Of a DNA stretch of 64,000 bases, positions 1-8,715 are shown piece by piece; position 1 is the first letter of the stretch, and every line of letters starts with the position of its first letter. The notes below the pieces were generated by a model. The model had not been told where the DNA came from and did no database searches. It was given only the letters and a program-made list of their open reading frames with translations. Position numbers and translations under genes: made by a program. The stretch is from the IMG/VR virus record IMGVR_UViG_3300042991_000483, positions 7,299-71,298 of that record. One strand, 5' to 3'. The stretch is from a virus.

Positions 1-1553
1 AGGGTGGCGGGGACATAGGGGCTGTAGATGTAGCCCGTGTTGCGGCTGTCCTGTCCCTTGTAACCCATGAGCAGAGTCCCCTTGGCGAGACGAGCATCCT
101 TGTAGAGCTTGTACTTGGAGGTCAGGGTGCCGACGGGGACGATGCCGACTTCAGTGTCGAGGTCGTTGAGGCTGGCAGACTTGAAGTCGGGCAGGGACTC
201 AACGATGGTGGAAACGTCAGGGCTGCAGACGGCGAAGTTTGCGGGGCCCCTGAGGATACGGGTGTGGATGCTGTTGGCGACGTCGTTCATGAGCATCGGC
301 AACGTCTCCCACCACTCCTTGAGGGAGCCACGGTAAGCAGGCATGGACGTGTTCGCGCCGGAGGTGGGGGTGGTGCCAGGGAACTTGTTCCATGTTGCGG
401 CGATGCCGGCCATGTTGAGGAGGTCCTTCAGAACGATGAAGTCGATCTCGTTCATCAGTTCCTGAGTGAGGAGGTTGCTCAGAACCTCTTCAAGGCTTTC
501 ACCCTGAAGGGCGTTGACGTCCTGAGCGGCTTCGAGTGACCACGTCGCCTGGAGCTTGTAGTCTTCGGCGACGATCGGGTGCGTTTCGAATTTCACGGAG
601 AGGCTTGCGGGTGACGCCTGCTCAAGACCGTTGGCCACGAGAACGGGGCATCCGGCTTTCAGGAACACACCGTCATTGAAAATGGCTGCGGCAGGAGCAT
701 CAGGGGCACCGGGCTTATCGTAGGTGACGATGGACGCAACGTCACCGGCGAAGCATGTGATGACGAAGACGAGGGCCGCCTGCGTGTAGGTGGCGGGGGC
801 GGAGCAAGCGAAGTGATCGCCAGCGCCTGGAGTTGCGCCGACGCCGTCGAAAACCACCGTGGGCCCGGAGATCTGAGTGAACTCGCCAGTCCAAGACGGG
901 AGAGACGCGCCATAGGGAGCGGAATTGGTGAGGGTGAGAACACCAACGGCATCCGTGGCGGAAGAGGCTACATTGATCTGAAGCTTCGCCGTGAATGAGG
1001 CTGCACCAGACCAGGTATCCCACGTCTGACCAGTGCCGGTGCTTCCATTACCGGGAAGGAGAAGAGCGTTTGCACCGAAAGTTGCGGTGACAGTGGCGGT
1101 GCCGTTGTTAGTGATGGCGCCGTGAGGAGCGGCACCACCGACGATGGAGTCGAGGTACGGCCCAGACTCAAACGAACGCATGTAGATCCTGCGACCATCC
1201 ACAGCGCCCTGAGGCTTGAGGATTTCTTGGCCGGATGCCTCATAGAAGTACTTGAGGAAGATTGCGAGGCCGGTGGGGCCCGTCATCGGCTGGATGCCCA
1301 CGAGTTCGGGGGCTACGAGGCGGGGGAAGACACGGCGGATTACAGGAAGGATGACCTTCTGGAATGCGCCTGCATCGCCGGAAAGAGTTGCCTCACGGAG
1401 GAGGGAACCTTTGTTGTAGTTGTTCTGGTTCTCAAGAAGGATGGCGAGGTTAGTGCGCTTCTCTTCGGTCTTGACGCCCTTGAGCCACTTCTCCCACTTC
1501 TTCGTGATCCCCGCTACATCTACACGGTTGTTGATGGGGACTGCTACTGGCAT
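1..1553 (-). CDS. Major capsid protein, T4 gp23-like (3' end runs off the window)
   Basis: Not in the ORF track because it has no stop in the window. Manual translation from ATG 1553 (SD GGAG): MPVAVPINN..KKWEKWLKG..LAILLENQ..SLREAT..ILPVIRRVFPRLVAPELVGIQPMTGPTGLAIFLK, ending near GYIYSPYVP; these are gp23 signatures. Confidence 0.95.
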   Translation of the reverse strand, partial: MPVAVPINNRVDVAGITKKWEKWLKGVKTEEKRTNLAILLENQNNYNKGSLLREATLSGDAGAFQKVILPVIRRVFPRLVAPELVGIQPMTGPTGLAIFLKYFYEASGQEILKPQGAVDGRRIYMRSFESGPYLDSIVGGAAPHGAITNNGTATVTATFGANALLLPGNGSTGTGQTWDTWSGAASFTAKLQINVASSATDAVGVLTLTNSAPYGASLPSWTGEFTQISGPTVVFDGVGATPGAGDHFACSAPATYTQAALVFVITCFAGDVASIVTYDKPGAPDAPAAAIFNDGVFLKAGCPVLVANGLEQASPASLSVKFETHPIVAEDYKLQATWSLEAAQDVNALQGESLEEVLSNLLTQELMNEIDFIVLKDLLNMAGIAATWNKFPGTTPTSGANTSMPAYRGSLKEWWETLPMLMNDVANSIHTRILRGPANFAVCSPDVSTIVESLPDFKSASLNDLDTEVGIVPVGTLTSKYKLYKDARLAKGTLLMGYKGQDSRNTGYIYSPYVPAT

Positions 1554-1579
1554 TTTTCACTCCATTGAGAGTTTTGTTC

Positions 1580-2530
1580 CTAGTCTTCCACTCCCGCTAA
1601 CTTTAACAGGGCAGGATCATTTATGTCCTGCTCCTGCGGGGTGGCTTGAGGCACGTTCGCCTCGTTAAGCGGCCTACGGAGTGCTTCAGGCTTCTGTGAT
1701 TTGGCCGTATCCACCACGGGATTCATGACCATATCGGAAGTCTTCACACGAGCCGATTCCCGCAACGCTGCCATATATATTCTCTTTATATCAGAAACGT
1801 TGTTCGCTTTCTCCATCTCTTTCAGGACTTTATCCTTGATAGAGTTTGGCAAGGATTTACATACCTGTTCCTTGTACAGTGACATCTTAGCCTTAGCGGC
1901 CTCAGCGGTTGCCTCGTTTAACCTTGCTTGTATCTCACCGAGTCTTTTCTCGGATTGGGCACGATTGAACTCTGCCTCCTGCTTACTGCGCTCCATTGCT
2001 TCCTGTAACCGCTGTAGTTTGGAAGTTATGTCTTTGTCTGAGAGGTAGGGGGATAAGAGTCTACCCATCTCCTGAAGCATAGACTCGCCAAGCACGGTGA
2101 AATCTTTGTCGAAGTTCTTTTTCGCAGCGGAAAAAGCAGAGAAAGCAACTTCATTAACGTGCTTCTCTAGCCGGTTCGTAACTGATTCCACGAACGCCTT
2201 CTTCTCCTTCTCGGCCGCTTCCCTGGCCGAGTTTATAGACGTTCGCGCTTTGGCGGTTACGGCTTTGGCTTCGTTAATGACTGCCTGCATCCTCTTCCTG
2301 CCTATCTCTTTCTCTAAAAGAGACCTTCTGATTTTTCCGATGGCATCGAGATGATCCCGCCTGAGAGCTTCAGTTTCTTGCCCCTTAGCGAGGACGGCTT
2401 GCTGAAGGCTGGCGTTCTCATTGAGAAGACGAGCATTCTCTTCTGCTTTTGCATTTAGTTGCTCTTTGATTGGAGCAACTTCTGCTTGTATCAGTTCTGG
2501 AAGATTGGGCTTCTTCGTCTCTCTCGCCAT
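1580..2530 (-). CDS. Prohead core/scaffolding protein (coiled-coil)
   Basis: Coiled-coil 316 aa between protease and capsid genes; C-terminal LLKLAGV is typical of scaffolds. Confidence 0.7.
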   Translation of the reverse strand: MARETKKPNLPELIQAEVAPIKEQLNAKAEENARLLNENASLQQAVLAKGQETEALRRDHLDAIGKIRRSLLEKEIGRKRMQAVINEAKAVTAKARTSINSAREAAEKEKKAFVESVTNRLEKHVNEVAFSAFSAAKKNFDKDFTVLGESMLQEMGRLLSPYLSDKDITSKLQRLQEAMERSKQEAEFNRAQSEKRLGEIQARLNEATAEAAKAKMSLYKEQVCKSLPNSIKDKVLKEMEKANNVSDIKRIYMAALRESARVKTSDMVMNPVVDTAKSQKPEALRRPLNEANVPQATPQEQDINDPALLKLAGVED

Positions 2531-2578
2531 ATGACCACCTCGCTAAAGGATTACTTTGTCTATATTCTTCTACGTGGG

Positions 2579-3277
2579 CTACGACATTTTATTGGGAAGG
2601 TTGAACTCCTTAGCCAGGACTTCCCTTATGACCTTTTGTACGTATTCGTGGTCATATTCCTGCCCTTCCCTAGCCGGAGCCACCTTCGCCGCTGTGTTCT
2701 CCGAAAGCTTTTGCTGAACCCGGTTCTGCGTTTCCTTCATCAAGGTCCATTCCTGCAGCGCCGTTGTCGCTTTCATCTTAGACTCCACAACCGAGGGGCC
2801 TACGACCATATCGAAAGTGATGATCTTCAAGCTCTCATCTACATATTGAAACCCATCCACCCCGTCTCTGACGTCTCCGAGGGCGCGGCTGCTGACACCG
2901 ATCTGAACTTTCTTCTTAATGAACTCTTGCAAAATCTGACCCACGGGAGTATTCAGAGCTTCGGCTCTGCCGTAGATGACGTCCCCCTCCGCCCACAGCT
3001 TCACGATGACGTGGGAAGAGTGTTGGGCGTGGATTATGGAAGCCTCATTGGGGTCTGGATAAAAGGGGTGATCCAACTCACCTACGAGCGCCCGTTCTTT
3101 CGTGAGAACAGAGAGCCTATCCACTTCCTTCAGTAGATACTCGGTTGGGTAAACCCTTCTATTTGCGTTGGGTTGGTTGCCCTTTTGGAAGATCCCCTCT
3201 ACGACGATAATGCCGTTTGGAGTTACTTTCGCTTCGGCCTTCTCTAAAACGAGAACTTCTTGGAGTACTTTGAACAT
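2579..3277 (-). CDS. Prohead protease, T4 gp21-like
   Basis: EGIFQKGNQPNANRRVYP, ALVGELDHP, TPVGQI, IGVSSRALG and TFDMVVGPS motifs. Confidence 0.95.
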   Translation of the reverse strand: MFKVLQEVLVLEKAEAKVTPNGIIVVEGIFQKGNQPNANRRVYPTEYLLKEVDRLSVLTKERALVGELDHPFYPDPNEASIIHAQHSSHVIVKLWAEGDVIYGRAEALNTPVGQILQEFIKKKVQIGVSSRALGDVRDGVDGFQYVDESLKIITFDMVVGPSVVESKMKATTALQEWTLMKETQNRVQQKLSENTAAKVAPAREGQEYDHEYVQKVIREVLAKEFNLPNKMS

Positions 3278-6200
3278 TAGGACATCCCCTCGGGAAGAGT
3301 CCCGAGATTTGGCAGCGCCTCACCTTTCAGTTCTGGCTCTGTTTCTGTTGCCATCTCCGGAGACGTGATGTCGTAGAAAGATTTTAGCTCGTCCTCAGGG
3401 ACGAAAAACTCAAGGAACTTCTTCACTTGCTGTTTCGTGAACTCGTCAGGGCTATCTTTGAGTTTGTTCGTGAGTGCATTCAGGAGTTCTTTGTACTCCT
3501 TAACTTCTGTCGAAGTCTGGTAGGTGTCTGAGGCTTTAACCCCATCTACCCCTTCCTGCGTATCCAACTGTGTCATGGTCTCGGAGACCTGGTTCAGTTT
3601 ATTGAACAGGAACATTGCCTCTGGGTCTGACGACATTTCCGGATTCAGGTCCTGGAATCCGCGACCGGAGGACAGCGCAGTCCCTGTGGCGAAGTCTGGA
3701 TCTTCCTCTCCTACTACGTGCTCAACATCCGAAAGGTCTTCCAACCCCGGCTCGCCCTCTGGCGTCATCCCAGGTACGTCTCCGGGTTGATCTGGCTCTC
3801 CGAATATTGCCGTACCTAGATCCTCAGGGGCGACAGTTTCAAAATCTGGAGCTAAGGCTTCAGTAGGCTCTATGCTTCCTGAGAGGGAATCGCCGATGGC
3901 CGCGGCGCCAGAAGCTGCGCCCTCACTGCCTTCTTCGCCTTCACCCCCACCGCCGCCACCACCGCCAGCGTCTCCAAGCCCGTCCATCCCACCTTCTTCA
4001 CCACCATCACCCTCGAAGTCAGGAGCGTCTTCTCCATCTAAAGAGACGCCCTCTTCCCCTGCTTCTGGAACCTCTAAGTCGTTACCGTCTTCATCCACAC
4101 CGCCTAGGTCAAGAGGGGTGAGTTCGTCTAGTAAATCAGACTCGGAGGGGTCTGGAACTTCATCGTCGGAAATAGCTGGAGACCCTGATGTCTTAGAGGC
4201 AGGAGTGATAGGGGAGTCTGCTGGGGGATCTAGAGCAAAATCATCCCCAAAGCCGGGGCCAGAGGGAACAGAAGCATCCATATCTCCAGACTCAAATGGT
4301 GTCTTAGGAAGGCTGCCGGTATCCTTTTGGGAATTGCTCTCAAACGGAGTAGGCGGCGGCTCCCGCTTCTCCATCAAGTGCTTACTTTCTGTCGATACTT
4401 CGGGCTCGTCGTCAAACTCCACCCTGTCGTCGCCGTCTGCGGCTTCAGGCTCTTGCCCGTCCACGTCAACCCTTACGAAGGATTCTAGGCTTTGTAAGGA
4501 GATGATGTACTGCTCTTCGGAACCGTCACCGCTCTCATCCACCTTCGTCACAGTAACGGTATCCTCACCCGTATCATCCACGAAGTAGTAGCCAGGAGGT
4601 AGTACCTTCTTCCCCCCCACGCAAGTGACTTCGTCGCCGCCCTCGTCTTCAGACAAGAGTTCTAGAGCGTCACCGCTACGGACATCCTCTTTTATCGGTG
4701 AGTAATCCTCTTCGAAGGAGGATAATACAGAGAGGTCGACGAAGAACTTGTTGCCGTCGTCGTCCATCATGACGGCAGCAGACTTCTCGTCGTCTATATC
4801 CATGATTGTGTACGAACCTGGGAACAGGAGCATCCCCGTTTCCACGTCCGAGACCTGATCGTCCTCCTCAAACATATACTCATTTCCTACCAAGATAGAA
4901 GACTCCTCCCTATCAAAGGAGCCCGGAAATTCCTCATGAGCATGGTCCTCTATTTCTTCGTCCTCAACTTTCTCTTCTTCACTACCTGGGACAAGCAAGT
5001 CTTCTTCAGATTCAAACCCCTCATCGGGATCCTCCTCCGGAGGGGCGGGAGCACCGAATCCATCCACCTCAGCATCCTCAAACTCCTCCACTTCAACTGT
5101 CTCTTCGTTTTCGTCGTCTTCAGGCTCCTCATCCTCTTCTCCCTCTGCTGTTTCAGCTTCGGAGTAGTCTTCGGGAGCCTCTTCCGCCACTTCTTCATCG
5201 ACACCTTCAAGATATTCCAAGTCCTTCTCCAGAGCCTCCTTCTGTTCCTCATCCATGCCGTCAGCGTGTGAGAGCAAGTCCTCTAGAGAATCTTTTACTT
5301 GTGATAGAGTCCAATCGACATCGTTGACCTCTTCGGTCTTCTCTTTTGCGTCTTCGTCCTCTTCCAACTCGGCTAATTCTTTCTCGTCCTCTGCGTCTTC
5401 TTCAGCCTCCAGCAAACGAGATTCCATGGCGATTTTAGTGGGGCTGCCGGTTGGGACACTTGTTCCCGGTGCTGTTCCCTGCGGAGCCTTTTTTATCTGA
5501 GTGGATATCCCACCTTTGAAATGTACCGTGCCTGTTGCATCATCCACCTTCTCAACTTCATACTCTGTATCTGGATTGAGGGGCTTCGGGGAGCCGCCGA
5601 CATCGCCAACTACACTCACCGTGCCGTTTTGGATTTCGTCGGGAGTAAACTTGACCGCGTTCCCTGGCTTCACGTCCTGCGAAGTCATGAATTGGTTTTT
5701 GATGTCTTCAGGCTTTGCTGGCGTTGATATTTGTATCTCACCTAGAAGGTGACGAGCGACTGTCTCCATCATCAAATGACTTAACTCACGAGCTTTTGGT
5801 TCACCTAAGTATGCAGCAGTGGCACGGTGAAGGTTCTTGAAATCAAAACGCTCCAGCTTAAACTGCTGCCCCAAGCCGATATTGAGGAGGTTATGGGTGA
5901 GGAGCTTAGACTGTTCGTAGGTGAGACCTATCTGGTCTCTAAAGAACTTGATCAGTTTCTCGCGGGACCGTAGCCCAATGAACGGGAGAGATTCGACCAG
6001 TAACATTCTCCCGTTTTTCATCGCCTTACCCAACTCAGTCAAGTACTCCACGAAGAGTTCATTCTCCATGAGAGAGTTAAAGACTTTCTTTCGGTCGCTC
6101 TCAGCGAGGGGGAATACGCCCTGCATGGGCATCTTCATGAGCAACACCCTCTCCGAGATAAGAGAAGAGTACTCATCGAGCGCCACGTCCAACCCCTCAC

Positions 6201-6471
6201 CCGTAACAGCAGCTCCCGCCAACCTCTCACAAACAAGCCGAGTCTTTTGCTTCAACCCCTCCTGAGAGAAATCCACACGGGTGATGGTAGCTTCCGGCTC
6301 TGTGTACTCGTAGAGAGCGCCTGTTTTGAAGCTAAGGAACAAGGCTCTATCCTCGCTGAAGGACTCTACGTAGTAGTTATCTCCGTAAACCTTAGCGTTC
6401 TTCCGGATAGCATCGTCCAATCGAGCCGAGAAAGAATCGAAAAGACGATCCAGTATGTTGGGATTCCTCAT
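3277..6471 (-). CDS. Very acidic 1064-aa head-module protein, function unknown
   Basis: Long ORF between portal and protease; D/E/P/G-rich low-complexity C-terminal two-thirds. Confidence 0.75.
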   Translation of the reverse strand: MRNPNILDRLFDSFSARLDDAIRKNAKVYGDNYYVESFSEDRALFLSFKTGALYEYTEPEATITRVDFSQEGLKQKTRLVCERLAGAAVTGEGLDVALDEYSSLISERVLLMKMPMQGVFPLAESDRKKVFNSLMENELFVEYLTELGKAMKNGRMLLVESLPFIGLRSREKLIKFFRDQIGLTYEQSKLLTHNLLNIGLGQQFKLERFDFKNLHRATAAYLGEPKARELSHLMMETVARHLLGEIQISTPAKPEDIKNQFMTSQDVKPGNAVKFTPDEIQNGTVSVVGDVGGSPKPLNPDTEYEVEKVDDATGTVHFKGGISTQIKKAPQGTAPGTSVPTGSPTKIAMESRLLEAEEDAEDEKELAELEEDEDAKEKTEEVNDVDWTLSQVKDSLEDLLSHADGMDEEQKEALEKDLEYLEGVDEEVAEEAPEDYSEAETAEGEEDEEPEDDENEETVEVEEFEDAEVDGFGAPAPPEEDPDEGFESEEDLLVPGSEEEKVEDEEIEDHAHEEFPGSFDREESSILVGNEYMFEEDDQVSDVETGMLLFPGSYTIMDIDDEKSAAVMMDDDGNKFFVDLSVLSSFEEDYSPIKEDVRSGDALELLSEDEGGDEVTCVGGKKVLPPGYYFVDDTGEDTVTVTKVDESGDGSEEQYIISLQSLESFVRVDVDGQEPEAADGDDRVEFDDEPEVSTESKHLMEKREPPPTPFESNSQKDTGSLPKTPFESGDMDASVPSGPGFGDDFALDPPADSPITPASKTSGSPAISDDEVPDPSESDLLDELTPLDLGGVDEDGNDLEVPEAGEEGVSLDGEDAPDFEGDGGEEGGMDGLGDAGGGGGGGGEGEEGSEGAASGAAAIGDSLSGSIEPTEALAPDFETVAPEDLGTAIFGEPDQPGDVPGMTPEGEPGLEDLSDVEHVVGEEDPDFATGTALSSGRGFQDLNPEMSSDPEAMFLFNKLNQVSETMTQLDTQEGVDGVKASDTYQTSTEVKEYKELLNALTNKLKDSPDEFTKQQVKKFLEFFVPEDELKSFYDITSPEMATETEPELKGEALPNLGTLPEGMS

Positions 6472-6504
6472 GCGCCTGCTCCTGTGAGGGCAAAAAGAAA
6501 CGGC

Positions 6505-8700
6505 TTAGTCGGCCGGTTCCTCTGGAGGATTTGGGATTTCATCCTCTGGATCTCCGCCCTGGGCTCTTCCGTAGTTATATTCTTTATTGGACAACTCTAA
6601 CGCGAGTTTGAGGCTGGAGACCACAGTCCGTATCAATTGCTCTCGTAGTGGCCCGATCTTCGTTGTAGGCTCGTAGAGGATGGTATGATCCTTGAGGATT
6701 TTCTTCGTCTTGCCCTCGCATTGTGCCTCTACAAAAGACATGAACTTCAACACGTCCGGCGAAGACATAGAATGTCCAGGGACGCCAATAGGAGACATAG
6801 ACGTTCTGACTCTGGACTTTTCCATTAAAAGGTTGCCCTTAGAACGCCTACTCTCGTTCGCAGGGGCTGGAGGTTCAGTGCCCCCACCAGCAGGCTCCTC
6901 CATAGACGGCTCTTCTACGCCTCCGGGCCCTCCTTGGCTCCCGCCAATGGCATTCCCTAGCTCGTCACCAATGGCGTCAAGCCCCCCAGACTGGTCTTCT
7001 CCGGAAGGAAGTTCACCGAAGGAAGGTGCGTTCTTGCCTGCTGCCGTTTGACCCTCCTCCCCAGTAAGAAGAAGCTCTTCCTCTTCTGGAGTGAGTTGGA
7101 ATATCTTCTGTGCAATGTACTTCTTCGCGGACTCCCCGAAGGTGTTCTTGATAGTATCCGCGGCTTCAGCGCGAAGCTTCATCCCCTCGAACCTTGCGTT
7201 CTCTTCAATGAAGGAGGCGGCAGTCCAACGCAAGGAGATGCTATACTTGTCAAGAAAATCCTTCACCTTCTGTATGTTTTCGGGGTCGTTGCTCATGCCC
7301 GTGAAATGAGCGTAGAGTTGCATGATAGCGAGCTTCTCCAGCCCCTCGGATAGAGACTCTTGGAAACGGGTGACGAGACGAGCGAAGCGAACGTCTTGCT
7401 GTGAGAGGGTAGCGCGATTGATGTCCTCTTCCTGAGCGAGATACGCCTTCGGAACGCGGAGGCCTGCGTACATCTTCGTCTTGAAGTACGAGAGGTCTTC
7501 TATGTCACCGAGATTTGTTGCACCGGGGAGCGTGTCGATCTTAGTGGCTTCGCCGCCAGCGGGAACAGGGATCCAATAGTCCTCATCTATCCCGACAAAG
7601 CGGAATCTCTTGTCCATATCCTCGATGCTATTGAAATCTTCCGTCCCGCTCCCGCTCGGGCTCCCCCACATGAAGCTGTTGATGGGCTTCCTCTTGAGGG
7701 AATTCTTGACTTTGTTGACAATATCTATTGCTCGACTGGGCGGGTTCTTACCTGTGGCGATGTAGAAAACTTTTCTTTCGGGGGCACGAACCATACGGTA
7801 TATCATAACCGCATCCTCCATCCTCTTCAATATCTCCCAAGTATTCCGGATAGAATCTAGATGTGAGGTTCCGTACGGTTGATAGATGGGTTTGCCAGAG
7901 AGTCGGAAGTGGATGATTTCTCCGTCGTAGTAGATGATAGCCTTACCAGTTTGTATGTTGCTCGCGTACTGCTGCACGACCGCTGGTTGCCATATCAGCG
8001 AAGACGGGTAATCCCTTGCCATCCCCATCGACGCCTGAGTGGCTTCGTCGGACTCCCGGTTGTAGATGTAATAAGAGAAGCCGTTAGGAAGTTCTATCTT
8101 GATGATGTTGTAGAAGTCGAAGAAGGGCTTTACGTCTATGACACCGCGGTTGCCGATGATAGGTTCTATGAACCAGTCGCCGTACTTTACCATGTTCCTC
8201 GCCCAGTCCCAAGAACGCTTAGAGACGTCCAAAGTCTTGAAGAGGAAAGTCTCAAGAACGGTTTTGATTCCGGATATCTCTACGGACTCTTCATCCGTGG
8301 GCTGAGTGTTGTCTGACTTCTCTATGACGATGTCGAAGATTTGGTTATTGAGCCCTCTAATACATATCTCGTCGGCGATAGTATCCAAAACGACGCTGAC
8401 TTCGGGATGCCATTCCTCGATGAGATCGTAGACGTGGTAACGGATTCTACGTCCGAGATTGATGACGTTGAACGCGTATTTAGTGTAAGTGCTATTGTCT
8501 ATCTGACGGACTTCGTCTTCCATAAAGTCCACTGCGGGAAGGGTCTGCATCGCCCCCTTCTCTTTGTAATCCTGCAAGAACCTTCGCGAGAACTTAGGGG
8601 ACAACAGCGCCTCACCGACAGAGATTCTGCTATAAGAACTCAGCCAGCGAGAGAGAAGAGGGAGTCTATACACCTTTTTGTCTTCAGCCATACCGTTCAC
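6505..8700 (-). CDS. Portal protein, T4 gp20-like
   Basis: HPEVSVVLDTIADE, YGTSHLD, EDAVMIYRMVRAPERKVFYI, EDYWIP, IDTLPGATNLGDIEDLSYF, LRVPKAYL and DVRFAR motifs. Confidence 0.95.
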   Translation of the reverse strand: MNGMAEDKKVYRLPLLSRWLSSYSRISVGEALLSPKFSRRFLQDYKEKGAMQTLPAVDFMEDEVRQIDNSTYTKYAFNVINLGRRIRYHVYDLIEEWHPEVSVVLDTIADEICIRGLNNQIFDIVIEKSDNTQPTDEESVEISGIKTVLETFLFKTLDVSKRSWDWARNMVKYGDWFIEPIIGNRGVIDVKPFFDFYNIIKIELPNGFSYYIYNRESDEATQASMGMARDYPSSLIWQPAVVQQYASNIQTGKAIIYYDGEIIHFRLSGKPIYQPYGTSHLDSIRNTWEILKRMEDAVMIYRMVRAPERKVFYIATGKNPPSRAIDIVNKVKNSLKRKPINSFMWGSPSGSGTEDFNSIEDMDKRFRFVGIDEDYWIPVPAGGEATKIDTLPGATNLGDIEDLSYFKTKMYAGLRVPKAYLAQEEDINRATLSQQDVRFARLVTRFQESLSEGLEKLAIMQLYAHFTGMSNDPENIQKVKDFLDKYSISLRWTAASFIEENARFEGMKLRAEAADTIKNTFGESAKKYIAQKIFQLTPEEEELLLTGEEGQTAAGKNAPSFGELPSGEDQSGGLDAIGDELGNAIGGSQGGPGGVEEPSMEEPAGGGTEPPAPANESRRSKGNLLMEKSRVRTSMSPIGVPGHSMSSPDVLKFMSFVEAQCEGKTKKILKDHTILYEPTTKIGPLREQLIRTVVSSLKLALELSNKEYNYGRAQGGDPEDEIPNPPEEPAD

Positions 8701-8715
8701 CTCTAAGCTATGTCG

